Shown: positions 37,421 through 46,928 of the stretch, piece by piece
Position numbering within the stretch: position 1 is the stretch's first letter
Layout: each line of letters starts with the position of its first letter
Assembly: GCA_965220965.1 (NCBI GenBank)
Contig: OZ244852.1
Location: 1,280,001 to 1,344,000, forward strand
Direction: 5' to 3'
DNA length: 64,000 nucleotides
From: Candidatus Marinacidobacterium sp.
GTDB taxonomy: Bacteria > Acidobacteriota > Vicinamibacteria > Marinacidobacterales > Marinacidobacteraceae
Notes under the pieces: generated by a model
Seen by the model: only the letters and a program-made list of their open reading frames with translations
The model's database searches: none
Told to the model about the DNA's origin: nothing
Made by a program: the position numbers and the translations under genes

Positions 37421-38188
37421 CTACTGGATCAGCCGTCCGCCGTCGATCACCAGCGGGAGCCCGGTGATGAAGCCCGACTCGTCGGAGGCGAGAAACAGGA
37501 TGGCCTGGGCTACGTCGCGGGGGGTCCCGAGCCGTCCCAGCGGCGTGACCTCGTACCAGGATCGGCGCATCGCGTCGGGGTCCTCGGAGCGGGCCAGGTT
37601 GCGTTCGTTCATCGGGGTCTCGATGACCCCCGGACAGACGGCGTTCACGCGGATCCCGTACTCGGCGCCCTCGAGCGCGAGGCCGCGGGCCAGCGCCATC
37701 ATCCCCGCCTTGGAAGCGCCGTAGGCGGAGCTGCGAGTGGCGGCGATGAAGTTGCCGACGGAGGAGTTCATCACGATGGTTCCCCGGCGCATCCGCTTCA
37801 TCTCCGGGACGACCCGCCGGGACATGAGGAACGCCGACGTGAGGTTCGTGCGGAGCACCCGCTCCCATTCCTCGAGACTCGTGTCCTCGACGAGCTTCTT
37901 GAGCTCGACGCCGGCGTTGTTCACCAGCGCGTCGACCGGACCGTAAGCGCCCTCCGCCGCCCCCACCGCCGTCTCGACCCCCGGCTCGGTGGACACATCC
38001 GCGGCGATCGCCAGCGCCCGGCCTCCGCCGTCCCGGATGGCGGCGGCGGCCGCCTCGACGGCTTCGGCTGCGATGTCCACCAGCGCGACCGCCGCTCCCT
38101 CCTCCGCGAACAGCTCCGCGGTGGCCCGGCCGATGCCGTGGGCCGCCCCGGTCACAACCGCCACCCGGCCCTCCAGTCGTCCGCTCAT
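37421..38188 (-). CDS. SDR family NAD(P)-dependent oxidoreductase
   Basis: VTGAAHGIG, NNAG, YGASK, IRVNAVCPG and IDGG. Confidence 0.93.
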   Translation of the reverse strand: MSGRLEGRVAVVTGAAHGIGRATAELFAEEGAAVALVDIAAEAVEAAAAAIRDGGGRALAIAADVSTEPGVETAVGAAEGAYGPVDALVNNAGVELKKLVEDTSLEEWERVLRTNLTSAFLMSRRVVPEMKRMRRGTIVMNSSVGNFIAATRSSAYGASKAGMMALARGLALEGAEYGIRVNAVCPGVIETPMNERNLARSEDPDAMRRSWYEVTPLGRLGTPRDVAQAILFLASDESGFITGLPLVIDGGRLIQ

Positions 38189-38255
38189 CGCCGCCAGATT
38201 GTAGGAGGCCCCCGCTAGAATCCGGGCGAGACAACTGCAGTAGGGAACACGAACG

Positions 38256-39179
38256 ATGCGCGTCGGAATCACCGGAGCCACGGGGCTCCTGGGAAGTCAT
38301 CTCACCAGGCGGCTCGTCGCCGAACACCACGAGGTCGTCGCCTTTTCGCGCCGCGAGGGCCCCCTGCCCGGGCTTCCCGGCGCCGTGACCGCGGTGCGCT
38401 GGGACCCGCTCGACGAAGCGGAGCAGCCCGCCTTCGAGGAGGCGCTCGCCGGCCTGGACGCGCTGGTCCACCTGGCGGGAGAGACGGTGGCGAAGCGGTG
38501 GACCGCCGAGCGCCGCAGCCGGATCCGCGACAGCCGGATCCTCGGCACGACGAACCTGGTCGGGGCCCTCGCCCGGCTCTCGGAGCGCCCGTCCCGGTTC
38601 CTTTCCGCCTCGGCCGTTGGTTTCTACGGGCCTCGGGGCGACGAGGAGCTGGACGAGAACGCCGAACCCGGCGAGGGCTTCCTCTCCGAGGTGTCGACCG
38701 CCTGGGAGGCCGCGGCGGCTGGAGCGAGGAAGCTCGGCGTCGAGACCACGAGTCTCCGCATCGGCGTCGTGCTCTCGCCCGACGGCGGGGCGCTGGGCCA
38801 GATGCTGCCGCCGTTCCGGCTCGGAGTCGGCGGCCGGCTCGGCCGCGGGAACCAGTGGATGCCCTGGATCCACATCGCCGACGTGACCTCGGCGGTAATC
38901 CATCTCCTGAAGGCGCCCGCCGGGAGCCTCGCCCCGGCGTACAACCTGACCGCGCCGAACCCGGCGACGAACCTCGCCTTCACGCGGGCCCTGGGGCGCG
39001 TCCTGAGGCGTCCCACTTTGGCGCCGGTCCCCGGCTTCGCGATGCGCCTGCTGTTCGGCGAGATGGCCGACGAGATCCTCCTGCGGGGGCAACGGGTCGT
39101 CCCGAAGCGCCTTCTCGCCAGCGGCTTCCGGTTCTCCCATCCGGACCTGCAGCCGGCCCTCTCCAATCTGCTCGGCTGA
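38256..39179 (+). CDS. TIGR01777 family epimerase/oxidoreductase (YfcH-like)
   Basis: ITGATGLLG, HLAGE, SASAVGFYG, LRIGVVLS..GGAL, GNQWMPWIHIAD and GQRVVPKRL. Confidence 0.92.
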   Translation: MRVGITGATGLLGSHLTRRLVAEHHEVVAFSRREGPLPGLPGAVTAVRWDPLDEAEQPAFEEALAGLDALVHLAGETVAKRWTAERRSRIRDSRILGTTNLVGALARLSERPSRFLSASAVGFYGPRGDEELDENAEPGEGFLSEVSTAWEAAAAGARKLGVETTSLRIGVVLSPDGGALGQMLPPFRLGVGGRLGRGNQWMPWIHIADVTSAVIHLLKAPAGSLAPAYNLTAPNPATNLAFTRALGRVLRRPTLAPVPGFAMRLLFGEMADEILLRGQRVVPKRLLASGFRFSHPDLQPALSNLLG

Positions 39180-39182
39180 GGG

Positions 39183-41516
39183 ATGGGACCGTCGCGGCGA
39201 ACCCCGGCGCGGCGGCCGCGCCGCCCGCTGGCGCGCGTCCTGATCACGATCTTCCTGTTCGCCGCGGTGGCGGTCGCCGGCTCGATGGTGGGCCTTCTGG
39301 CCGCCTACCAGAGCGACACCCCGCTCATCGCCGAGCTCGAGAGCTACGAAGCGAGCGCCACGAGCATCGTCTATGACCGGCACGGCGCCGAGATCGGGCA
39401 GTTCGCCATCGAGCGGCGGGTCGAACTGGACTACGAGGACCTCCCGCAGCACCTGCGCGACGCGTTCGTGGCCTCCGAGGACCAGCGGTTCTGGAGCCAC
39501 TTCGGCTTCGACCCGATCGGGATCGCCCGCGCGGTCTGGCACAACTACCGGGCGGGGCGGATCGTCTCGGGCGCCAGCACGATCACCCAGCAGGTCGCCC
39601 GCGAGCTCTTCCTGAACCGGGAGGAGTCGCTCGAGCGGAAGATCAAGGAGGCGATCACCGCCTTCCGGATCGAGCGCGCCTACCGCAAGGAAGAGATCCT
39701 CACCTACTACGCCAACCAGGTCTTCCTCGGCTACGGGAACCACGGCGTGGAGGCGGCCGCGCAGTACTACCTGGGCAAGAGCACCCCGGAACTCACGCTG
39801 TCGGAGGCCGCGATGCTCGTCGGCATCGCGCCGAACCCCGCCCGTTACAACCCGTTCGGCAGCCGCGAGGCGGCGGCGCAGCGCCGCGACATGGTGCTGG
39901 GCCGGATGGTCGCGGAAGGGTTCATCACCGCGGAGCAGCATGAGGAAGCCGCCGGAGAACCCATCCGGCTCCGGCCCCGCCGCCCGAACCGCTTCGCCCC
40001 GCACTTCATGGAGATGGTGCGCCAGCACCTCCGGGACCGCTACGGCGACTCGCGGACCTACGAGGGCGGCCTCCGGGTCCACACGACGCTCGACTCCGGG
40101 ATGCAGCTCACCGCCCAGGCGTCGGTCGAGCGGGCGCTCAGGGCCCACGACAAGCGGCAGGGCTTCCGGGGCCTTGCGGTCAACCTCCTCGACGAGGGCG
40201 AGGACCCGGAGACCTGGCATCACGAGTCCTGGGACGCCGCGCTGCGGATCGGCTCCATCGTGACCGGCGTCGTGACGAGCGCGGGCGCGAACCCCGAGGT
40301 GCGGATCGGGACCTACCGGGCGCGGGTGGACCCGGGCTCGCTCGCCTGGACCTTCCGCAGCGCGCGCGAGATTTTCCGGGAGGGCGACGTCGCCGAGTTC
40401 CGGATCGTGGGCGACGCCTCCGGCCGCACCGCGGACCCGATGGCCTACGGAGGTCCGCCGCCCGGCGCCGGACGCGAGCCGCCCCCCGAGGAGCCGCTGC
40501 TGGTCTCGCTCGAGCAGTCGCCGGAGGCGGAAGGAGCCTTCCTCGCCATGGACGCGACGACCGGGGAGATGCTCGCGGTCGTCGGAGGCTTCGACTTCGA
40601 GCGCAGCGAGTTCAACCGCGCGGTCCAGGCGCGCCGGCAGGCCGGCTCGTCATTCAAACCGTTCGCCTATGGCGCGGCGTTGAGGACCGGGCGCCTGGCC
40701 CCCACCTCGCTGCTCCTCGACGAGCCGTTCATCTTCCACGATCCCAACACCGAGGACCCCTACGAGCCCCACAACTACGACGACGAGCACAAGGGCTGGA
40801 TCACGATGCGGCAGGCGTTCGAGGGCTCCCGGAACGTCCCGGCGGTCCGGATGATCCACGACGTGGGACCGGAACATGTCGTCGCGATGGCGCGCCGGCT
40901 CGGCATCACCGGCGACCTCCAGCCGTTCCTCTCGATCACGCTCGGGTCGTTCGACGTGACCCTGCTCGAAATGGTCTCGGCCTACAGCGCCTTCCCGAAC
41001 CAGGGGGTGCGGATGACGCCGTTCTTCATCCGCCGGGTCACCGACCGGGACGGACGCGAACTCGAGCGCTTCCACCCCGAGACCGCCTCGGTGATCCGCG
41101 CCGACCTGGCCTACGTCGTGACGCACCTCCTCGAGGGCGTCGTGGCGCGGGGCACCGCCCAGATGGCCCGCCGCCTGAACCGTCCGGTGGCCGGCAAGAC
41201 CGGGACCACGAACGACTTCACCGACGCCTGGTTCATCGGGTTCGACTCCGAAGTGGCCGCCGGCGTCTGGATCGGGCGCGACGAGAAACTGACGCTCGGG
41301 GACAAGGAAAGCGGCGCGCGGGTCGCCCTCCCGGCCTGGATCTGGTTCATGGAGACCGAGCGCGCGACGGCGTCCCGCGAGGGCTTCCGGCCGCCGCCCA
41401 ACGTGGCGCTGATCCCGGTGGATCTGGAGAGCGGACAGCCCGCCAACGGTGGTCCCAACACGATCCTGGAGGCCTTCCTTCCCGGAACCGAGCCCACGAC
41501 CGGCTACGACCGGTGA
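39183..41516 (+). CDS. mrcA: Penicillin-binding protein 1A (bifunctional transglycosylase/transpeptidase)
   Basis: EDQRFWSHFG, GASTITQQ, RKIKE, SSFK (SxxK), SRN and KTG; OB-like insert. Confidence 0.92.
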   Translation: MGPSRRTPARRPRRPLARVLITIFLFAAVAVAGSMVGLLAAYQSDTPLIAELESYEASATSIVYDRHGAEIGQFAIERRVELDYEDLPQHLRDAFVASEDQRFWSHFGFDPIGIARAVWHNYRAGRIVSGASTITQQVARELFLNREESLERKIKEAITAFRIERAYRKEEILTYYANQVFLGYGNHGVEAAAQYYLGKSTPELTLSEAAMLVGIAPNPARYNPFGSREAAAQRRDMVLGRMVAEGFITAEQHEEAAGEPIRLRPRRPNRFAPHFMEMVRQHLRDRYGDSRTYEGGLRVHTTLDSGMQLTAQASVERALRAHDKRQGFRGLAVNLLDEGEDPETWHHESWDAALRIGSIVTGVVTSAGANPEVRIGTYRARVDPGSLAWTFRSAREIFREGDVAEFRIVGDASGRTADPMAYGGPPPGAGREPPPEEPLLVSLEQSPEAEGAFLAMDATTGEMLAVVGGFDFERSEFNRAVQARRQAGSSFKPFAYGAALRTGRLAPTSLLLDEPFIFHDPNTEDPYEPHNYDDEHKGWITMRQAFEGSRNVPAVRMIHDVGPEHVVAMARRLGITGDLQPFLSITLGSFDVTLLEMVSAYSAFPNQGVRMTPFFIRRVTDRDGRELERFHPETASVIRADLAYVVTHLLEGVVARGTAQMARRLNRPVAGKTGTTNDFTDAWFIGFDSEVAAGVWIGRDEKLTLGDKESGARVALPAWIWFMETERATASREGFRPPPNVALIPVDLESGQPANGGPNTILEAFLPGTEPTTGYDR

Positions 41517-41607
41517 CACCCGGAACGACCGTCCGTCGACTGCGTAGGCTCCGCAAGGAGCGCTGATCCGGCGACCGCCCGTGGCCCGAGCCGCTGGAAT
41601 GGCGTCT

Positions 41608-41630
41608 ATATGAGTCACGAACACTCAGAT
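41608..41630. promoter_or_regulatory. HAIR-like operator (HspR-associated inverted repeat) upstream of lon-dnaJ
   Basis: ATATGAGT-CACGAAC-ACTCAGAT contains TGAGT-N7-ACTCA, the core of the CTTGAGT-N7-ACTCAAG consensus, in an AT-richer intergenic region. Confidence 0.65.
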
Positions 41631-41825
41631 ACAACATCGACCGTTCCGGGCATTTGTTGCCCGTGTCGTCATCGATTTAGGATGTCTGAACGAGGGATCT
41701 TATACGTGACAACGCAGATCATGGCCACGTGCTACGATCCCTTGAAGCGATGATCCTGCTGTCCATTTCCGGTCGCCGGCGGCGACCTGTGACAGAGTCG
41801 GGGTCCACCGAGGAGGCGCGCTCCC

Positions 41826-44303
41826 TTGTCTGAGTCCCCCAAGAGCTCCGTGTCCGAGCCCGGCTCCCCCCAGGGCCAGATCCACCGGATGGTTCCGGTG
41901 CTGCCGCTGCGCGACATCGTCGTCTTCCCGCATTCGTTCCTGCCGCTCTCGGTGGGGCGGAAGAGCACGATCCGCATGATCCAGGACGCCACCCGGGAGG
42001 CGGCCGAGTCCCAGCGGGGGGCGCAGAGCCCGAAGGTCATGCTGGCGGTCCTGACGCAGAAGGACGACTCGGTCGAGCGGCCCGGACCCGACGATCTCTA
42101 CCAGGTCGGAACCGCCGCGCGGCTCGAGAAGCAGGTCCGGATGCGGGAGGGGACGATCCGCATCGTCATCCGGGGCAGCTTCCGGTTCCGGGTGGAGCGG
42201 ATCGTCCAGACCGATCCTTACCTCCGGGCCGACATCCGGGTGCTCGACGGGACGGTGGGGGCTTCGCGCACCGTCGAGTTCGAGGCGCTCACCCGCAAGA
42301 TCCGGGAAGAGCTCCAGGAGATGATCAAGGGGGATCATTTCCCTCGCGCCCGGGAGGTCATGAAGACCCAGTTGGCGCGGGTGGGGAGCGCCGGACAGCT
42401 CGCCGACTTCGTGGCGGAGACGCTGCCCAGCCTGAACACCGAGATGCGGCAGGACGTCCTGCAGACCCTGTCGATCGAGGACCGTCTGGGGCTCGCCTAC
42501 GCGGCGATCCTGCGCGAGAAGCAGGTCCGCGACCTGGGGCGCAGCATCGAGTCCAAGGTCAAGAGCGAGGTCGGCCGCACGCAGCGGGAGTTCTTCCTCC
42601 GCGAACAGATGAAGGCCATCCAGAAGGAGCTGGGCGAGTCCGACGACTCCTCCCGCGAACTCGACGAGCTGAAGGAGAAGATCGAGAAGGCGGGGATGCC
42701 CGAGGAGGCCGAGAAGGAAGCGCTCCGCGAGTTCCGCCGGCTGGGTCGGATCCCCCCCGCCTCGGCCGAGTACACCGTCGGACGAACGTATCTCGACTGG
42801 CTGGTCCGCGTTCCGTGGAAGGAGCGGACCGAGGACAAGTACGACATCCCCCGGGCGAAGGAGATCCTCGAGGCGGACCACTACGACCTCGAAAAGGTCA
42901 AGGACCGCATCCTGGAGTTCCTCGCGGTCCGCGAGCGCAAGCCGGACCAGAAGGGGCCGATCCTGTGTTTCGTGGGACCGCCGGGCGTCGGCAAGACGAG
43001 TCTGGGCCGGTCCATCGCCAAGGCGGTCGGACGCAAGTTCGTGCGGCTGAGCCTCGGCGGCATCCGCGACGAGGCCGAGATCCGGGGGCACCGGCGCACC
43101 TACATCGGCGCCCTGCCCGGCCAGATCATCCAGAACCTGGTGCGGGCCGGAACCCGCAACCCGGTCTTCATGCTGGACGAGGTCGACAAGCTGGGCATGG
43201 ACTTCCGGGGCGACCCGAGCTCCGCCCTGCTCGAAGTCCTCGACCCCGAGCAGAATCACGCGTTCCGCGACCACTACCTGGACCAGGCGTTCGACCTGTC
43301 GGAGGTCCTGTTCATCGGGACCGCGAACATGGTGGACCCGGTGCCGCCGGCGCTCAAGGACCGGATGGAGATCCTGAACCTCAACGGCTACACCGAAGAG
43401 GAGAAGATCCAGATCGCGGTCCGCCACATCATCCCGCGGCAACTCGACAACCACGGGATCGAGGAAGAGGACGTCGCGCCGGTCTTCGAACGCGAGGCGA
43501 TCGCGAAGATCATCCGGGACTACACCCGGGAGGCCGGGCTCCGGAACATGGAGCGGGCCATCGCCAAGATCTGCCGCAAGGCGGTGCGGAAGCTCGCGGA
43601 AGGCGAGAGCGGGCCGCTCCAGGTCACCCCCGAGGCGGTCAGCGACCTCCTCGGCGCCCCCACGAGCTACTCGCGCGAGCTCGAGGAGCGGGTCAGCGTC
43701 CCCGGCGTCGCCGTCGGGCTTGCGTGGACCCCGGTCGGCGGCGACCTGCTCTTCATCGAGACCTCACGGATGAAGGGGAACAACCGGCTCACGCTGACCG
43801 GCCAGTTGGGCGATGTGATGAAGGAGTCCGCCACCGCGGCGCTCTCCTGGGTCCGCCACCACGGGGCGGCGTACGGGATCACCGGCGACTTCTACCGGAA
43901 GTCCGACATCCACTTCCATGTGCCGGAAGGCTCCACCCCCAAGGACGGACCTTCGGCGGGCATCACCCTGGTCGCGTCTCTGATCTCCGCGCTCACGGAA
44001 ACGCTCCTCCGCCCGAAGCTCGCCATGACCGGCGAGATCACCCTGACCGGCCACGTGCTCCCGGTCGGCGGGATCAAGCAGAAGCTCCTCGCCGCCCACC
44101 GCTACGGCATCGAGGAGGTCATCGTGCCCCGGCTCAACGAGGCGGCGCTGATCGAGGACGTGCCGGACGAGATCCGCGACGACCTGCAGATCCACTTCGT
44201 CTCGAGCCTCGAGGAGGCGGCGCCGATCATGTTCCCCGACCTCGCCCCGCCCACCGCCATCGCCGCCGGTTCGGACACCGCCGAGCAACTGCCTGTGCAG
44301 TGA
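41826..44303 (+). CDS. lon: ATP-dependent protease Lon (endopeptidase La)
   Basis: LPLRDIVVFP, DHYDLEKVKDRILE, GPPGVGKTS, PKDGPSAG (catalytic Ser) and MTGEITL; TTG start with GGAGG RBS. Confidence 0.97.
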   Translation: MSESPKSSVSEPGSPQGQIHRMVPVLPLRDIVVFPHSFLPLSVGRKSTIRMIQDATREAAESQRGAQSPKVMLAVLTQKDDSVERPGPDDLYQVGTAARLEKQVRMREGTIRIVIRGSFRFRVERIVQTDPYLRADIRVLDGTVGASRTVEFEALTRKIREELQEMIKGDHFPRAREVMKTQLARVGSAGQLADFVAETLPSLNTEMRQDVLQTLSIEDRLGLAYAAILREKQVRDLGRSIESKVKSEVGRTQREFFLREQMKAIQKELGESDDSSRELDELKEKIEKAGMPEEAEKEALREFRRLGRIPPASAEYTVGRTYLDWLVRVPWKERTEDKYDIPRAKEILEADHYDLEKVKDRILEFLAVRERKPDQKGPILCFVGPPGVGKTSLGRSIAKAVGRKFVRLSLGGIRDEAEIRGHRRTYIGALPGQIIQNLVRAGTRNPVFMLDEVDKLGMDFRGDPSSALLEVLDPEQNHAFRDHYLDQAFDLSEVLFIGTANMVDPVPPALKDRMEILNLNGYTEEEKIQIAVRHIIPRQLDNHGIEEEDVAPVFEREAIAKIIRDYTREAGLRNMERAIAKICRKAVRKLAEGESGPLQVTPEAVSDLLGAPTSYSRELEERVSVPGVAVGLAWTPVGGDLLFIETSRMKGNNRLTLTGQLGDVMKESATAALSWVRHHGAAYGITGDFYRKSDIHFHVPEGSTPKDGPSAGITLVASLISALTETLLRPKLAMTGEITLTGHVLPVGGIKQKLLAAHRYGIEEVIVPRLNEAALIEDVPDEIRDDLQIHFVSSLEEAAPIMFPDLAPPTAIAAGSDTAEQLPVQ

Positions 44304-44374
44304 TCCGCGAGGGGCGGCTCGTCCTCTCACCGCCCTGCTGAGCCACGGCCGCCCCGATCCCCGGTCCTTCCGCC

Positions 44375-45313
44375 GTGCCTCACCGCGACTACTACGAGGT
44401 TCTCGGGGTCGGGAAGACCGCCGACGCCGGACGGATCCGGCAGGCGTATCGCCGGCTCGCCCGGAAGCACCACCCGGACGTCAACCCGGGGGACCAGAGC
44501 GCCGCCGAACGATTCCGGGAGATCGGCGAGGCCTACGACGTCCTCTCCGATCCGGCGAAGCGCCGCCGCTATGACGCCGGAGGGCGCCCGGGCCAACCCC
44601 GCGCCGGGCCATTCCCGCAGGGTGGGGGCTGGTCCTTCGTCGGCGACCTGGCCGGGCGCGGCGCGCGCAGCGCCGGGGGCCCGGGCCTTTCCGACATCTT
44701 CTCCCGGCTGTTCGCCGGCGGCGCGCCGTTCGCGCGCGGCGCGGGAACGGCCGCTCCCCCCTGGGCGGGGTCGGCGCCCGGCGGCGCCCGCCCCCGAAAG
44801 GCCCCGGATCCGGAGACCACCGTGGAAGTCCGGCTCGAGGAGGTTCTTTCCGGCGCCCTCCGGTCGGTGACGACGGGAAGCGGGGCCTCGTTCCGCGTCC
44901 GGATCCCTCCCGGCGTCACCGACGGCGCCCGGTTGCGGTTGCCCACGCCGGAGGGTCCGGCGCAGATCCGGGTGCGGATCGCGGAGCACCCGCAGTTCCG
45001 GCGGCGCGGTCAGGACCTCGAGACCGATGTCCCGGTGAGCTTCGACCACGCCGTCCTCGGCGGCGAGATCGAGGTCGCCACGCTCGAGGGGCCGGTGAAA
45101 GTCCGCCTCCCGCCGGGGACCTCCAGCGGCGCCGGTCTCCGGATCCGCGGACATGGCCTTCCCCGCCGGCCGCCCGGGTCAGGCGGCGGATCGGAAGCGG
45201 AGCGCGGCGACCTGGTGGCCCGGGTCCGGATCACCGTTCCGGACGACCTGACGCCGGAACAACGGGAGGCGCTCCGGAGCTTCTCGCGCGCGAAGGCCTC
45301 GAAGTCCGACTAG
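44375..45313 (+). CDS. DnaJ-class co-chaperone lacking the zinc finger (CbpA/DnaJ2-like)
   Basis: DYYEVLGV, HPD motif, G/F-rich linker and DnaJ C-terminal domain; no CxxCxGxG repeats. Confidence 0.9.
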   Translation: MPHRDYYEVLGVGKTADAGRIRQAYRRLARKHHPDVNPGDQSAAERFREIGEAYDVLSDPAKRRRYDAGGRPGQPRAGPFPQGGGWSFVGDLAGRGARSAGGPGLSDIFSRLFAGGAPFARGAGTAAPPWAGSAPGGARPRKAPDPETTVEVRLEEVLSGALRSVTTGSGASFRVRIPPGVTDGARLRLPTPEGPAQIRVRIAEHPQFRRRGQDLETDVPVSFDHAVLGGEIEVATLEGPVKVRLPPGTSSGAGLRIRGHGLPRRPPGSGGGSEAERGDLVARVRITVPDDLTPEQREALRSFSRAKASKSD

Positions 45314-45948
45314 CCCGGTTCGAGATCCTCGAGCGAGCCGCGAAGCGGGCGCAGGTCCCCGCTCGTCGCGTCGAGGATCACCGAGGGGGCGCCCCCGGGG
45401 GTCGGACCGCCGTCGAGCGCGAGCAGCCCGACCATCCCGCCGGCGCATTCGGCGAGCGCGGACGACGCCCCGGCGGCGCTCGTGAAAGGCGGCTGGCCGC
45501 TCGGGTTCGCGCTGGTGGAGACGACCGGATGGCCCAGCGCCGCGGCGAGCGCCCGGGCCGCCGGATGGGAGCTGACGCGAACCGCAGCCGTCCCGGCGGA
45601 GTCCGCCACGAGCGGCAGGACCAGCGTGAGGGGGCCCGGCCAGTAGCGGTCCGCCAGCGCCCCCGCCTCCGCCGGCAGGCGGCAGACCTCCTCCACCTGG
45701 GAGCGGTCCGCGGCGATCCACGGGAGGGGTTGGTCGCGTGGCCGGCGTTTCAGACGGAACACGCTGCGGACTCCCTCGGTGGACCGGGGATCGGCGCCGA
45801 GCCCGTAGAAGGTCTCGGTGGGGAAGATGACGACCGCGCCCCGGCGAAGCGCCGCGGCGGCGATTTCCACCGAAGCCGCCTCCTCCGCCGGGCGCTCCGC
45901 GCCGGACATCCCGCCGACCCGCAGGATGCGAACGACCGGGTCCGTCAT
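45310..45948 (-). CDS. tsaC: L-threonylcarbamoyladenylate synthase (TsaC/Sua5/YrdC)
   Basis: FPTETFYGLGAD, LKRRP, WPGPLTLVL and STSANPSG. Confidence 0.92.
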   Translation of the reverse strand: MTDPVVRILRVGGMSGAERPAEEAASVEIAAAALRRGAVVIFPTETFYGLGADPRSTEGVRSVFRLKRRPRDQPLPWIAADRSQVEEVCRLPAEAGALADRYWPGPLTLVLPLVADSAGTAAVRVSSHPAARALAAALGHPVVSTSANPSGQPPFTSAAGASSALAECAGGMVGLLALDGGPTPGGAPSVILDATSGDLRPLRGSLEDLEPG

Positions 45949-46928
45949 GAGGCTGGGCGCTTGGCCCTCGGGTGGTGTTCGTCGTAAACCCGCCGCAGCC
46001 GCTCCTCGGTGACGTGGGTGTAGATCTGCGTGGTGCCGACGGAGGCGTGGCCCAGCATCTGCTGCAGGGTCCGCAGATCGGCGCCCCGCTCGAGCAGGTG
46101 GGTGGCGAAGGAGTGGCGCAGCATGTGGGGAGAGAGGCTCCGGGTGATCCCGGCGGCGACGCCGGCGGCGCGGATGATCTGCCAGAACCGCACGCGGGTC
46201 ATCGGCCTCCGCCGGGCGGTCACGAACAGCCAGGGAACCTCGCCTGCGCCGGCGGGCGACCCGAGCAGCTCCGGGCGCCCGTCGCGGAGCCACGCGCGGA
46301 GGCGCGCATCGGCGGTGCGCCCGAAAGGCGCGATCCGGGTCTTGCCTCCCTTCCCGGTCACGGTGACGAACCCCGGCCGATCCTCCCGGGCGGCCGCCAC
46401 CTCCTCGACCCGCAACCCCACGAGTTCGGAGACCCGCAGTCCGGTCGCATAGAGCAGCTCGAGCATCGCCCGGTCGCGGAGCCCCCGCGGGGAGTCGTCG
46501 GGCGCCTCGAGGAGTTGCTCCACTTCATCCAGCGACAGGTAGCGGGGGAGTCCGGGGAGCGCGCGCGCCGGCCGAAGGTCCGCCGCCGGGTCCTCGGTTG
46601 CCGCACCCTCCGCGACCCAGAAGCGGTAGGCCCCCCGGACCGCCGCCGTCGCCCGCTGGATGGACCGGAACGAGAGCCCCTCGCGATGGAGGTCCGTCAG
46701 GAAGGCCTCGAGGTCGGGCCGCGTGAGTGAGGGAAGCGGACGGTCGCCGGCGTACCGGCCGAGCCGGGAGAGGTCGCGGCGGTAGGCCTCGAGGGTGTTC
46801 GCCGCGAGGCCCCGCTCGACCCGGAGGTGGTCGAGGTAGGCCGTCACCCAGGGGTCCGGCGGCTCGACTGGCGGTTCGACCGGGGGCGCCCGCCGGGAGC
46901 GCCCCGCGCCGCCGCTGTCACGGGTCAC
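45945..46928 (-). CDS. xerD: Site-specific tyrosine recombinase XerD
   Basis: ERGLAANTLEAYRRDL, RDRAMLELLYATGLRVSEL, SPHMLRHSFATHLLERGADLR and LGHASVGTTQIYTHV; GTG start at 46928. Confidence 0.92.
   Translation of the reverse strand: MTRDSGGAGRSRRAPPVEPPVEPPDPWVTAYLDHLRVERGLAANTLEAYRRDLSRLGRYAGDRPLPSLTRPDLEAFLTDLHREGLSFRSIQRATAAVRGAYRFWVAEGAATEDPAADLRPARALPGLPRYLSLDEVEQLLEAPDDSPRGLRDRAMLELLYATGLRVSELVGLRVEEVAAAREDRPGFVTVTGKGGKTRIAPFGRTADARLRAWLRDGRPELLGSPAGAGEVPWLFVTARRRPMTRVRFWQIIRAAGVAAGITRSLSPHMLRHSFATHLLERGADLRTLQQMLGHASVGTTQIYTHVTEERLRRVYDEHHPRAKRPAS

Noticed and set aside
34923-40223. 933-aa and 936-aa ORFs (also 14241-16916) as overlapping genes
   Set aside because: They are antisense to well-supported genes, have low-complexity composition and show no motifs.
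45945-46928. Tyrosine recombinase as a prophage or island integrase
   Set aside because: The sequence is canonical XerD within a murJ-xerD-tsaC housekeeping operon. I saw no att sites or phage genes.
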